Assembly: GCA_024679065.1 (NCBI GenBank)
Contig: JAGIQG010000001.1
Location: 102,610,001 to 102,674,000, forward strand
Reading direction: 5' to 3'
Origin: Sphyrna mokarran
Taxonomy: Eukaryota
DNA: 64,000 nt
Positions within the stretch are counted from its first letter, which is position 1, and each line of letters begins with the position of its first letter. The translations under genes were made by a program, and so were the position numbers. Below the pieces are notes generated by a model. The model was given only the letters and a program-made list of their open reading frames with translations, was not told the origin of the DNA and searched no databases. Below are positions 1 to 13,320 of the stretch, piece after piece.

Positions 1-183
1 TTACCTGATTAGCTGTAAAGACTTGCATTCTAATCAGTATTCTGTAAACTGTATGTGCTTTTATATGCCCTGTTCGTGAACAGAACTCCCCACTCACCTG
101 ATGAAGAACAGCATTCCGAAAGCTAGTGGCATTTACTGCTAAATAAACTTGTTGGACTTTAACCTGGTGTTGTGAGACTTCTT
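1..183 (+). mobile_element. Penelope-like element terminal repeat (3' end) with degenerate hammerhead motif
   Basis: cctgatgaagaacagcattccgaaagctagtg followed by aataaacttgttggactttaacctggtgttgtgagactt; the same end occurs at 39393-39448. Confidence 0.8.
94..129 (+). ncRNA. Degenerate minimal type-I hammerhead ribozyme
   Basis: CTGATGA 98-104, GAAA 118-121, AGCT palindrome, stem I tcac/gtgg; stem II imperfect. Confidence 0.55.
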
Positions 184-264
184 ATTATATAGATTCATGG
201 TACCAGGAATGTGTTTCAGGCAACTTTGTGCCCCAGAGTTCCAGGCTTCTGGCCAAAATCAGGC

Positions 265-1485
265 AACATGATTCTGCCCAACCTCCCACCCCCTATCTCC
301 AGCCACTTCCCGAAGCAAATAATACATACTTTTTGTCAACAGACCCAAAGCGCTGTAAAGTTTTGATGATTTTGGTGGTCCAGGTTGAACCTGGCCCTTG
401 AGTGGGCCTATATGCTTTAGTGGCTTGTTATGTCAATGACTGTCGCAAGGCCAGAACCAGTGTATGCAGATGCTTTGCATCTGTGAGAATTCAGTAACTG
501 AGGTGAACCCAATACTTTCTGTTGCTGTGAAGCCATATCTGTTATGAAATGACTATACTTTAAAGTGCTGGCAAAAGGGCATCAGTAACCTGCGAGATCC
601 AGTGGTGTGCAGCCATTTGTGAGATGCCACTAAGCTCCACAGCTGATCCTTGGAAGGAGTCACGAACAAGTACGTTCAAGGCTATTGTAACTTTGACAGC
701 TACAAGCAGGGATGGTGACCAATGCTGTGAGATATGAAGTCTTGGGCAGTGAAGTCACAGGTGCCTGTGATTAGCTCCTTGGAAAGTTTCAATCTCCTGT
801 GAAACTGAGTAGCTCTGTCTTCAGCAGTAGATCTGGTGTTCAGAGTCCTGCTTCCACTGCCTTTCTGCCCTTTTTCCCCTTCAGTGCTGTCTTAATGCCC
901 ATGATTACACCTTCCCTGTGGAGGGTTTTGTGACTCATTGTCACTGGGCCCTAAACCTGACATCATGCCTTCTTGCAACTGCAGCTTTTCTTTTGGTCAG
1001 ATGGCCACCTTATTATGAATATCAGGGGATGATGCCACCATTCAATGCTTGAGTGCTGACTGCCCACTATCCCTGTTAGCTGCACAGCACTAAAGGTAAC
1101 GCTTCCAAAAATGCTGAGTCCCCCTTTTCCCTATTGACCCCCTTGTGGGGTCAGGATAATTTCCTGGGGCAGCCTTAACTGCCCAGGCACTCTTCTTCTC
1201 CTTCCTCCTTCCCTCTCCCCCAAACTTTATACCCAACTTCCTCCAGTTGATCTGCAACAAACAGTTCCTGAAACCTGTGTGCCTTTTTTAAATACAAAGC
1301 TTTTTAATTAGCTTCTCGAGTGCTTTAATTGACCTCAATTAGAAGCCAAATAGGATTGCTGCCCCACCCTTCTCAGCCCCAATGAACATTACTGACACTG
1401 ACACACCAGCTACTACCAATATTTTTATGGCCCCTGGCCTCCACTCTCAACCTCAGGGAGGAAAGGAGCTTGGAAATTCAGCTCT
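265..1485 (-). mobile_element. Degenerate PIF/Harbinger DNA transposon with transposase remnant
   Basis: Minus strand 570-706 translates LVAVKVTIALNVLVRDSFQGSAVELSGISQMAAHHWISQVTDALL, a HARBI1-like transposase segment; ends approximate. Confidence 0.75.
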
Positions 1486-1595
1486 CTGTCTCCGCCTCCC
1501 CCCCTCCCCCCCCCCCACCCAAAACTTTCTCATTCTTTATAACTTGCCCGAACTCCCATTGTATGTTTAAGACAAACGTTAATATTTTTAAAGTA

Positions 1596-1722
1596 AAATT
1601 TATTTATTAGTCACAAGTAAGGTTTACGTTAATACTGCAATGAAGTTACTGTGAAATTCCCCTGGTCTCCACAAACTGGTGCCTATTCAGGTCAATGCAC
1701 CTAATTAGCACATCTTTCAGAT
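1596..1722 (-). mobile_element. HE1/V-SINE-like 3' fragment (alternative tail)
   Basis: Reverse complement of the cacagtaacttcattgcagt...tgtgactaataaa tail also seen at 8150-8211. Confidence 0.7.
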
Positions 1723-2645
1723 GTTGGCCAATCCTTTCAATGTTATCTTCTTTGATTAAGTGTTGGCTTTCCTCCGTGAAACAATTTAAGATATTTTCAA
1801 CATTGGTGATATAAGCACATGCTGTTTTTATTGTTGAACACTAGTGCTCTATTCCTACATAATACAGAACAGGGACAGAATTATCAACAATCACTGCTTT
1901 GGTCAAAGACTCACTTGGTAGAGTGATTCATAAATAATTTCAGATTCTTGTTATGTCCCACACAGTTTCTTTGTAATTATTTGGGTATTAAATTCTTAAA
2001 GTAAAGGGCTTTTGTTATCTCTGATGTGGAGGAGTATTATTTTATGTCAAAAGAAGTGCAATCCTCAGCACAATTTGAAGCTATGATCCCATGAACAAAA
2101 ATCACTAATTATTTTTCTTGGCTTTCAGCCTATTCATTATTGAGAAAGAGGCACTATTGCAACTCTTCTGCATTATGCCAAATTGTATTTGCCAAAGTGA
2201 TGTACGCCCCATCTGAACCTGATTGTCAAGTAAGCAAAGGATATCAAAACATCATACTTTGATTATCCAAATGCTCGACATTTTAAATTAATACCTGGGA
2301 AAAATTTTCAGTTACCATTACCTGTAGCAGCGGTGCTGGCAATGTTGAAAAAATCTGCAGAAATGTATCTCATCAGATGTTCATCTACGTTACCTAATCG
2401 GGCTTTAAGGCAATGCTTAACTAATCTTGCCCAAAAATATGAGGGTTTCATTTTAATATTTTAATGTATTACAATGATTACATATTAGTACACATTAAAA
2501 TATCCAGGCTTTGCAGCAGGAATATACTATGTCTACAAAAATGAAGCCTTGAGATCAACATTTATAGGACACTCAACATTCTGTATATGAAAAAAATCTT
2601 AAAGTATCTTTCATCCAAATATATTTAACAGCATCAATTTTACCG

Positions 2646-2743
2646 GGAGTTTGCGAGAGTGCAGGAGGTGGGAGTGGGGGGGGTGGGGTGGGGGGGGGAG
2701 GGGGGGGGAAATGTGGAGGTGGGGGGGTTGGGGGTGGGTTTGG
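2646..2743 (+). repeat. G-rich low-complexity tract, G-quadruplex-prone
   Basis: Many runs of 3-9 G separated by short linkers. Confidence 0.7.
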
Positions 2744-2789
2744 TCATGGGGATAGTTATCCTTTGCTTCAGGTTGCTCATTTGTTAAGT

Positions 2790-4545
2790 CATGACGATAA
2801 CTGCCATCAGGGTTTGTGGCACTATCACTGTACTAAATCGGAAATATTTCAAACCAATCTAGAAGCTCAAAGCTGGGCATCCATGAGGTACTATGGACCA
2901 ACAGCAGCATCGGAATTGTATTCAACCATAACCTGTAAACTCATGGCACCTCTCCCACTCTACAATTACCAGCAAATGAGAGGATGAACCCTCATGCAGT
3001 GAAGAGTACAGAGAGCATGTCAGAAAAAACATCAGGCATACCTAAAAATGGGAGCCATGATTCTCCCATCCTGCTACATTAATTTTTTAGCACAATGAGC
3101 TGGGAGATTCTCGCATCAGCTAATTCATGAGGTTTGTGAGCGTGTTCACATCCCACTATCGCCATCAGATGAAGCGCCAAGTGTCAGATCCGTGCCCGAA
3201 ATTGGTGGGGAGACGTAAAGACCATCTAAATGGTCAATTGCATAGAACTTACATGTGATTAATGGGCCCAGGACTGAAGTCTCAGGGCCCACTAGCATCT
3301 CCCGCCCCAGCAGAGTATTTCACTCAATTGAATTAGCACAATTCCCCACTAATGGGGAATTAGCAGCCTGACTGCGCTGGAGTAAAAAGATGGCAATCGG
3401 AGCCCCCCAGAATGTCAGGCAGTGTGGAGGTGCTCCCTATGCATTGGCATCCTGTTAATGCCAGTCTGTGCCCGCTGGCATTGCTCAAAGAACAAGATGC
3501 CCTTGATACTGCTCATCGGGCATGAAGCACTGCCAAGAGGGTGTGGCATATGGGGCAGGGCATATGAGGTGTGGCCTGATGGGAGCACAGCCTAGGGGCG
3601 ATCAGTGGGAGTGGAGGGTCCTACTGCCATTCTGCATAGGGATGAGTAGGGAAGGAGGGAGGGCAGCGATTGGGATGGGGCTGGAGGAGCTGGTCAGCTG
3701 GGGGTGTTGTCAGTCTGCAGGAGTGGTCGGCTCTGCAAGGTGGGATGATCGGGACTTGTGGGGGAAGCGTAGGATTGTAGGGTTGCAGAATCAGAGTGAG
3801 GATGCTGGAGATTGGGGTGAGTTGGAGGTTGCTCAGGGCTGGCCCGCGAATGGTTAAGAGGCCAGAGATAGGGCCATGGGGAGGGGGTGGAGGGCCTGTG
3901 AAGTGGGGGTCACGGGGCTGGCCAGTGATTGAGTTGGCTAGCAATTGGGAGGTCATCAGTGTGTGGGGCTACTGTGCATGCGCCAATCTCAGCACTGACA
4001 GTTCAGCGCATGCGTAGTGACCCGCTCAGCATGCAGATTTCAGCCTCTTAAGAGAAGGTAGGCCCCACCCATCTAGTTTTTAATGATATTCACACTGGAG
4101 ACCTCTGCACTGTATAGAATGTGGGAGATTTTTCTCTGAACTGCCACTGAAAAAAAACAGCATGAGTTACTCCAGTTTTCACGCAAACTCAGTACTTCAA
4201 ATTTTTTTGGGAGAATTCCGGCTGAGATGTCAATCTGATGAAGCTACTGTAAAGGACTAGTATGCCAAACAGCAGAAGAAACATGTAATCAACTGAGTTT
4301 AACATTCCCTAAGCATTGGATCAGATCTAAGCTCTGCAATCTTTGCCACATTCAATTGTAAATGGTGGTGGACAATAAACTGATAATCTCATCCTCAAAT
4401 AGTCTCATCCTCAATGATGGGGGAGCCCACCACATCAATGCAAAACAATGAAGCATTTTCTGCCATCTACAGCCAGAATGCTGAACAGATGATTAGTTTT
4501 GGCCTCTTTGTGAGTCTTCAGCTATTTTGATTCCCTCCAGGTGAT
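2790..4545 (+). mobile_element. Degenerate CR1/L2-group LINE fragment split by a DNA element (pieces 2790-3050 and 4222-4545)
   Basis: Sequence cctaaaaatg...tgagatgtcaatctgatgaagctac continues across the insertion; downstream gatcagatctaagctctgca...tggtggtggacaat reads as LINE ORF2. Confidence 0.6.
3052..4222. mobile_element. Non-autonomous Harbinger-like DNA element
   Basis: Imperfect TIRs gccatgattctccca (3054-3068) / tgggagaattccggc (4208-4222); G-rich interior; interrupts a LINE. Confidence 0.6.
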
Positions 4546-4549
4546 AGCG

Positions 4550-5003
4550 AAAAGAATTGGAGTATAATGTAGAGAAATGTGAGCTTGTCCACTTTGGCAT
4601 GATGGCTAACGAAAAAGCAGATCATCTAAATGGTGAAAGATTGCAGAACTTTGTGATGCAGAATGTTCCTGATGTCCTAGCACATGAATCACAGAAGGTT
4701 AGTATGCAGTTAAAGTAAGTAATAAGCAAAATTAATTATATGTTATCATTTATTACACAGAAAATTGAATACAAGAGTAGAGATATTATGCTTCAGTTAT
4801 ACAAGGCATTGGTGAAACTACATCTGGAGTACAATATACAGTATGGGTCTCCTTATTTAAGGAAAGATGTAAATGATTTGAAAGCATTCAGAGAAGGTTT
4901 TCCTAGGATAAATCCTAGAATGGACAAGTTGTATTATGAAGAAAAGCTGGACTGGGCTTGTAACCACTGGTGTTTAGAAAAGTAAGAAGCAACTTGATTA
5001 AAA
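4550..5003 (+). mobile_element. CR1 LINE ORF2 C-terminal fragment, decayed
   Basis: IEYKSRDIMLQLYKALVKLHLEY...SPYLRKDV. Confidence 0.85.
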
Positions 5004-6616
5004 CACCCTGATATCATCATATACTAGGCAATATTTTGTTATTAGGCACATTTGGGAGTAGGAAGCAACGTCCACCAACAATTAAGCGGAGAATCAAAAT
5101 TGATTTTATGTGGCCTGTCCACTTCTACAGTTGATGGCAGCGGATTAATTGGCCAGATGCCTTCATATTTTTGTTTCAGCCTTGATCCAGAGCAGGATGA
5201 AATGTGTGGGATACAACTTAATAAATAAAAATGCCTGAGGACTGAATACTGCTGTTGGGTGTTGGACTGGGCTGCATAGACTCAGTTTGCTGCATTTCTT
5301 TCATCACTTTTAATTTGTAGAGTTCTGCAGCTCCCTGAGATAGCTCTGCAACAGCTGTCCACCTTGAGGGTGCCCAACAGAAGTGCCCACTTGCACTGTC
5401 TCAGCGCTTGCCGTCCCCCGCAGCATTGAGCTTTTCTCAGTGCATGTTTCACTTTGGCTGCGTGCTAATTGGCCAGTTGGTGTTAAATCGCATTCTAGGG
5501 CTGATTGCGTGTGTGTGTCCAACATGCGTAAAATTCAGGCTTTGTAAAGATGGTTTTCTTGTGAACTGTGGACTGATTGGGCTTATACTGCAACTCAGAA
5601 TATATGAAATTGGCTTTTACTGAATAGATTCCCCAACATCTTTTGATGTATTCAAATTAGTATGTTGGCAATGCCTCTACTGCCTATTGAAATCAATAAG
5701 GAAGGGAACTATATCAGTTACTGCATTCTGATGATGTCCATTGCACACTGCTTCCAAAATTGAGCTATGGAATATTACTGCAGGATTTTAGAGCCTGCAT
5801 TCATTGTTTGAACTCTTTTGCATCTACTATTTTAAGAAAAATTTGTTGTTGGCTAGCTCAGCATGTAACAAGCGATAAGGAATTTGTTCAGCTGGAATGA
5901 AATAAGACAATACAATCAGTCTTGAAACAATGGAGAACAATTTAATTACTTTTAAAATGATAAGGATTGTAGTTTATGGAAAAGGCAAGAGCAACAGTAA
6001 TCTTAAAAGCTGCACAAAATATGTGGAACTGGCTGAAACAAACAGGCTCACCAGAATACATAAGCCAAGCAGGAGCTTGTTCCTATCCCAAAAAAAACCT
6101 GAAGTTAACAGAAGCTGAAATTCCGACTGTTTTCCCAAAGGCTTTGCCTGGAATCTTCCCTCCATTTTTAGTCATTGCTGAAATATTCCATCCCAGTTGT
6201 CTCTTCCTGGATCTGAATTTCGCTTTACAAAAACATACCTTAGGCAGAATTTTAGGCTCACTCCGCAAATGTCGAGCAGAGGACTTCTATTTTTGGATGC
6301 GATGCTGGCGTACATGAAATAGAAGATTTACTTTCAGCACAGTTGCTGGAATTATTTTTGTCTCCCTTTTGGCAGTGATGATGTACATTCACATTTGTGC
6401 TATGTATATCAGAGGGGTAGGAATAATGGAGGTGCGTGAGATTGGCCAGCCTTCTTAGCACCAATTTTACCAGGCTCCACTGTTGCAAATCAATGATGTT
6501 CAAACTGTATGAACTGATATTTGCAAATCCTTTTCTTTTCTGTAAGATGTTTTGAATACATGATGCTTTTCATAGTAATCAAGCTGGTTTGAAAATTGTT
6601 TAGGAACATCATGCCA

Positions 6617-6957
6617 AGGAGAGGTTAGGCAAATTGGGACTGTTTTCCTTAGAAAGACGTAGACTTAGAGGAGATCTAATAGAGGTGTACAAGATTATGA
6701 GGGGTATAGATAGAGTAAACAGTGTTAAGCTTTTTCCTAGGATGGACTCGAATAGCATGAGGGGTCACGGGCTTAGGGTGAGGGGTATAAGGTATAATTT
6801 GGATGCTAGAGGGAGTTTTTTCACACAGAGGGTGGTGGGGGTATGGAATGCGCTGCCAAGTAAAGTGGTGGAGGGAGGTACTCTTGAGTTATTTAAGAAA
6901 TACTTAGATGGGCACATGAACAGAATGGGAATGGAGAGGTATAGAAAACTGATTTAA
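6617..6957 (+). mobile_element. 5'-truncated CR1 LINE, ORF2 C-terminus intact
   Basis: GLFSLERRRLRGDLIEVYKIMRGIDRV...FFTQRVVGVWNALP. Confidence 0.93.
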
Positions 6958-7170
6958 AATAGGAATCATGAGTCTTGGTAGACCCTGGGAAGTGTGTAAA
7001 TAGTTGATGATATTGATGTACTTGTTTTTATCCTACAGGTGCTTTTGTCCACCTTGTTGTCTAACGAGGGGCATACACACGATGGGTCGTGAGAGGGCTG
7101 CTCTTGGATTTTTTCGAGAGTATCCTAGTGCTTCACGTCGTTAGTGTATGCTTGACCTGGACCATTTGAT

Positions 7171-7497
7171 GGGCAACACGACAGCTCAGTGACTATCGCT
7201 GTGCTGTGCAGATACATGGATTTGGGGCCTGTGTCTGTGGGAGTTTGCGCATTCTCCCCGTGCTTGCGTGGGTTTTCTCCGGGTGCTCCGGTTTCCTCCC
7301 ACATCCCAAAGCTGTGCTCTTAGGCTGATTGGCAAAACAAATTCTCCCTAAATTGTCTCAAATTTGGTTTTTAATCCATAGATCTATAAACATGGACAGG
7401 GATCGTGGATAGAGGTGGGAACACCGGGGTGGCAGCGTGGGCTCATTGGGCCAAAGGGCCTGTTTCCTGTGCTGTTTTGTTCTTTGTTCTTTGTTCT
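7171..7497 (+). mobile_element. HE1/V-SINE-like element with CR1-type tail
   Basis: Core gagtttgcgcattctccccgtgcttgcgtgggttttctccgggtgctccggtttcctcccaca; tail gggccaaagggcctgtt...(tgttctt)n. Confidence 0.85.
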
Positions 7498-7912
7498 AAT
7501 ATCTGTCGTACTTGTTACAATGAATAATAACAATCATTTTAATCACGTCTGAATTTCCAGCTTTATTTTCATTCTTAAATGGGTTCTAAATTGGAACTAA
7601 ATTGGAAAGAATGTTCAGAAATTGTATTATGTTGTGAAACTGCTCTATATTCTTATGTCATGATTGGATACGATATTATCTAGGGGAAAAATCATTGGCA
7701 GTCCTGTTCAAGATAAATCTTTATGAAACAATGTGGTCAAAAAAATGACATTGTGAATTGTGCCAAAAAAGTTGGTTCTATTCTCAGATTCCAGGTATTT
7801 CCCTGACCTATTTTGAAGTGAGCCAATTTACATATCTGAGTAGCAGATGTGCTCAGGACACCCCCTGTGCCCAATGTGATGCCTTCTAAACTTGTTAGTA
7901 ACTTATTGATAT

Positions 7913-8211
7913 TGGCAGCATGGTGGCACAGTGATTAGCACTGCTACCTCTCAATGCAGGGATCCGTGTTTGATTCCTGGCTTGGGCCACTGTGTCTATG
8001 GGGTTTGCATGTTATCTCTGTGTCTGCGTGGGTTTCTCCCAGTTCTCCGGTTTCCTCCCACAGTCCAAAAATGTACGGGTTAGATGAATTGGCCATGTTA
8101 AATTCTCCCTCAGTGTACCCGAACAGGTTCCGGAGTGTGGCAATTAGAGGCTTTTTTCACAGTAACTTCATTACAGTGTTAATGTAAACCTGGTTATAAA
8201 TAATAAATAAA
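7913..8211 (+). mobile_element. HE1/V-SINE-like element, alternative tail
   Basis: tRNA-like head ggcagcatggtggcacagtgattagca, V-domain core, tail cacagtaacttcattacagtgttaatgtaa...aataaataaa. Confidence 0.88.
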
Positions 8212-8419
8212 CTCTTTCAACTCTGATAAGAGTGCATGTTATTCAGAATTTGCCCTCCATGTTATATAGACTTCTGTATATCATTTAGTTTTGTTGAATC
8301 CAGTTTAGACATGACAGCTAAATAAAAGCTGTTGGAGAATCTTTTGATTAAAAAAATTATAGAATCATACCACACTAAAATGTGAAAAGTCAAGGGTACA
8401 AAACACCTGTTCTCTGGAT

Positions 8420-9340
8420 GGTCATATCCCAGAGATATCCCACAAGTTGAATTGGGGGACCCCTCAGACCTCTATGCAGCACGGTCCCAATGCAGTAGCT
8501 ATAAGGGAATTGGAGAGGAATTTTTGACTTCTGATGGGCAATTCCCTCACATTTGGGACCTTTGAAACTCCGAGTTAAAGTCAGATACTTTGGATGGTTC
8601 TGACTTACTTAGCTTAATAATTAATCAAGAAATATTGGAAGGATTAAAACCCCTAGATAACTGTACTGCTGACCACCATGGCCAGAATTATACCACCTTG
8701 TGCACCCCAGAATCAGGGCAGTTGAGGCTCGCAAAACGGCATCCTTCATTGGCCTCAGGTGGGATCTTAGAGCCTTGGCGAGTGAGGTGATAAAATTCCA
8801 GCACATGTCTCCCCATTGGTCCCCACGACAAGATCCCAGCCACATGACTACTCTTCTGATCCCCAACTACCCACCACATTTGAGTACCAGAACTTCCTAC
8901 TGGATTCCCTCAACAAGAACTAAACACATAACTACTCCCCTGATGCGACCACCACTAACACCCCAACTCCCATCCCCACACTGACTACCCTCCTGATATC
9001 CCAACTACCCCCCTGTCTCCCAATACCCTCCTGTCCCGATTACCCTACCCAACCAACTGACTGTTCCCTGAACCTCCTGACTCACTTTCTTGAAACCTTA
9101 GCCCCTCAGCTACACATGTAATACTCTATCTCCTCACTCACCTACCTGACACTCTACCCCCTCATCCATCTACTTGCCACACTATCTCTCACCTACTTAA
9201 CTTATACACCTACTTTCTCTCCATAAATTCTCAATGTGTCTTTGGAACTTTAAACTCTCTACTTAGCGGAATATAGCAACTACTGCTGGAACAAGCGGGT
9301 GTGGTTTGGCTCCCCTGACGAGCCTGCAATGTGAAAGAAG
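8420..9340. mobile_element. Non-autonomous element with C-rich internal minisatellite (related to 57540-58330)
   Basis: C-rich degenerate repeats 8820-9220 followed by tttaaactctctactta, as after the 57.6-58.2 kb array (tttaactctctactaa). Confidence 0.5.
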
Positions 9341-11140
9341 ACTCCCAGAACAGATATCCTTTCCATATCTGAAGAGGTGCAATTCTGAAGACCAGTGCAA
9401 AAATAAGAGTGCAGTGGCAATCCGACTGCTTGGAATATTCTGCCCAAGGCATACTCAACATAAAAAAAAACAAATTTTTCTCCAAGCACAAGGTATTGTC
9501 ATTAGCACCAGAGGTAATGACGATTTTTATGGAAATTGGCTGTTAGTGCTAACTATTTCCCATCAACACTTGCAACTATTTCTGAAAAAAGAAGACAACT
9601 GAATCATGCTAAAGTTGAGATTTGTTTTTGAAAGTAGCTATTTAAAGGCTGATACTTCCTTATCGTTGGCTGATTTCTGTTGCTTGAAATATATGAGAAA
9701 AAGGTGGGGGTGGGTTTAATCCTCTCTACCACACTGTAATTTAGATACTAATTTAATCCTTATAACTACTTGCTATTTCTGTGAGACTCACAATGTATCA
9801 GCGTGAAAGTCTTTTGCCAACAGAGGCTGCTAGGAAAGGTGTGTGACATTAATTACACTTCAGGAAGTGTGCTAACTGTGAATCAGCAGGATCCCTGCTT
9901 TTCTTTCAGCTGACTATACCCGGAACAGACCTTGTCTTCTCTCACTAAAGATTAGATAACTTTTTCAACACACCACATCTCTATTATCAGCCAATTTATT
10001 CTCAAATGTTGCATGTATTTCACTTGTTGGTATTTTACAAAGATATTTCATAATCAAATTTCCAATTAAGCCAAGTGCACAATGGACTTCCATTTTATAG
10101 TGAGAAGCTATAGCAGATTAAGGAAATGTTCAGTCTGTGTAACCATTTGAATATTGCAATATTGACAGAATCAATATATGATTTTAAACTACAGGATTTA
10201 CAAAGCAGGCATCTCATTTGAGCTTTAAACTAGATGATAAAGTTCAGTTAAATGCTCAAGAAAGGAACTTTGTCTTCATATTGCAGATCCTGACACACAA
10301 TCCAGCAGCTCAATCTCTACAACCTTCTGACCCACAGAGACATAGATTGGATCAGCAAATCTATTTCTGTATTCTCTGAGGCTGTTGCATATAGAATAAC
10401 ATTTGGTTTGGAATTTGTTGCAAGGTTATAACAGTATCGAACAATGCAGAGCACATTATAAACCACAAGAGCTGAGCTCAAGTTGCTTATGAATGTCATA
10501 AGCAACCATGAGGTTATGCTAAAACCAATAATTCAATTTAAATACATAGCCCCAAAACATATACAGAGAAGAGGGGACAGTTTTGGGGGAGGCCGGAAAT
10601 ATCCAAAGAACACTGCAAGGCCAGGGGGTGGAGGTCCCATCGAACTTATCGGCAAGCTTTCAGTATAAGTTTATGTTTTTTTGCTACCTGACAGCTGGGC
10701 AAATTGACAACTTAGCTTACAGCCAAGAGGAAAAACTGCAGCAGCAGTGTCTCAGCCAAGGATACTTAGGGACAATCACCAACTAAGTCAGGGGAAGGAA
10801 GGTTACTGATCTTGGTTATAAAGCGTTGATCTGGGGCAAATTTATCAAATACAATAATGAGATTTAAGTAACTTCATTTAATTAACCTTCAATCTCTTTT
10901 TCAGTGAAAACAGACTCATATTTTTCAAATCTTTATCATACTAATTCACACCAAACAATATCTTAGCGCATCTAAATGCTGTTCCCTTTTTATTGTTCAA
11001 ACATTCTTCCGAAAAAGGGAGAAATTCCATTTTTCCCATTTTCAGGTGATGGCTTCCTCCAAGAAAGGGCATTGAGTTGGGTTGGGGAAAGATGGACTCA
11101 GCAGCCAGACTTCAGTGATCAGGTGGAGATGGTGGATGTA

Positions 11141-11440
11141 TGGCACGGCATGATGGCACAGTGGTTAGCACTGCTCCCTCATAGTGTCAGTGACCTGGGT
11201 TAGATACCCAGCTTGGGTCGCTGATTGTGCAGAGTCTATACATTCTTCTCATGTCAGCCTGAGTTTCCTCCAGGTGCTCCTCCCACAATCCAAAAGACAT
11301 GCAGATTAGAGGCCTTGGCCATGCCAAATTCTCCCTTGGAGTATCCAAACAGGCGCCAGAATGTGGTAACTAGAGGATTTTCACAGTAACTTGCACTGTT
11401 AATGTAAACCTGCTTGTGGCACAAAAAAATACACTTTAAA
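11141..11440 (+). mobile_element. HE1/V-SINE-like element, alternative tail
   Basis: Head gatggcacagtggttagcactgct, core and tail tcacagtaacttgcactgttaatgtaa. Confidence 0.88.
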
Positions 11441-11499
11441 CTATGTACTGGTGATGCAATGTAGTTGCGGAGTCCTTCTGTGGGCCAAGGAGTGTCCAT

Positions 11500-13190
11500 A
11501 AAGGAGCCACCTTCTCACTGAGCCCGCTTGGAGACACCAGATTTCACTGGGTGGTTTTCCCTCATGGTGCTAACCACCCTGAGAAGGGAAAAGTGCTGAA
11601 GGAGGTGGAAGTTGGCTTTTAATTAGCCAGTTATATGGTTCATTTACAATCTACCAGTTTTTCAATCACTGGTGGAAGTGGAAAGGCTCCTCTCCCAATA
11701 GCTTCCCCCACCATGTTGCCAACCCTCTCACATAGCAATTTCTCAACAAAGGGCCCAAGAAACTCTGCTCAGTTGTCCCATAGGAAGCCAGGAGACCCCT
11801 CGTGCAAACACTAAGAAAGAAATGGAAGCAGGTGAGCAAGCAACTTGATTCCTGGAATCGGGAAGAAATTCAGTGACCCCACATGGGTGATCAAGGTCAG
11901 TGAATACATCTTCAATGAACATCTCTTATTCAGTAAACCACCAACATCTCACATTGCTCAGTGCACCAAAGCCCTTTATTAACCCATGAGCTATTGGGAG
12001 TTTGGCCTAACATTCAATATTTCATCTCACTCTCACACATCCACCATTGCTGCCAGCGCCACATACAATCTTCCCTGTAATTTGTAACATTGTGAAGCAA
12101 CCCAAATGTTCCCATGCAGGTTGGATCCTTTAAATTACTGTGCACTCCAAAAAAGGTTTGAGGGCACATTGTTCGCACTTAACTTTCACTCCTTTCCCAT
12201 ATCCCGAGCTATTCAACAATGACAGGCACATCACTTGAAAATATTCAACATGCTCACTAATGTTTTTCTTCCTCTTTTGCAGGATCAGGTGACTAATACC
12301 AGGAAGGAACAATAGGATGACGGGCAGGAATACATCCTCTGCAGGCTTCTGGAGAAGATGGTGCTGGACATCTGGCAATCAGCTGTGTCAGACCTCATTG
12401 CATTCAACATCATCAAGAATTTACTGCCGTATACCCCTTCTTAAATCCCAGCGCACCTCCATTCTGCTGCCTGGTGTGAAATGCAAGCTGTAGATGGTGT
12501 GAAGATGACCTCCTATTTCCCATCCCACTGCTCTTCTGCACTAATACTTACAATTATCCAAAACAGCCATTCACCAGCCACTGAAGCCATCTTCCTTAGT
12601 AAGAATAAAAGCTGCTATAGACCTCTGATGAGAAGCATCATTACTTGATCACACAGCCAGCCAGAAGCTCAGATATTGGCAAGGTGTGTACCTTAGAGGA
12701 TAGAATAGAGTCAACATATGCATATGATGAATCAACAGCCCAGGTGGGCTTCAACCAGGCAAGGAAAAGGATGAAGCATATGCCAGGTTTCGGAGTGGTA
12801 AGATCAAAGACAAATTCTGCTACATGGAACTCAGGTGAGGATTTCATTGGGTCAGCCTACAGGAGAACATTGATAATGATGCACACCAAGGAGATGGGTA
12901 CATTGGAAGGCCTGACAGACAGCATACTATTACAATCAAGGAGCATGGAGGAGTCCAACTCCAACTTAGCACATAGCTTGGAGTTCATCCTTTCCAGTGC
13001 GCTAGTGTGGCCAACTTCATGACAGCATCATTGAACCCAATAGTGAAACAGCATTTGAGTACTTACAGTCATAGCTTCCATTTCAGTACAGGCACAAATC
13101 ACCAAAGTGTCAGTACTGGAATGCAAGTTCAGACTGAATTCATGAGATTTATGATTACTATCAATATGTTTCGTGTGTTATCCATCTCAC
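11500..13190 (+). mobile_element. Harbinger remnant with Myb/SANT-like accessory gene and intron relics
   Basis: 11785-11895 encodes ARRPLVQTLRKKWKQVSKQLDSWN..RKKFSD ending at caag|gtcagt; acceptor ttttgcag at 12282 followed by an exon relic; 12645-13100 resembles the low-complexity C-terminal part. Confidence 0.6.
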
Positions 13191-13320
13191 TGCCCAAATG
13201 GGAATCTCAGAGCAGTCCAGCAATTTGCCTTCCAATAAATAACCATAGATACACAAAACAATTAAGCACAGAAGAAGACAATTCAGCCCATCACACCTGC
13301 ACCAGCTGAAAAAGAGTATT

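Noticed and set aside
2129-2229. Exon-shaped segment (tttcag ... gtaagc)
   Set aside because: One open frame but no recognisable protein and no partner exons
2688-2987. Gly-rich ORF
   Set aside because: Poly-G tract fused to a LINE remnant
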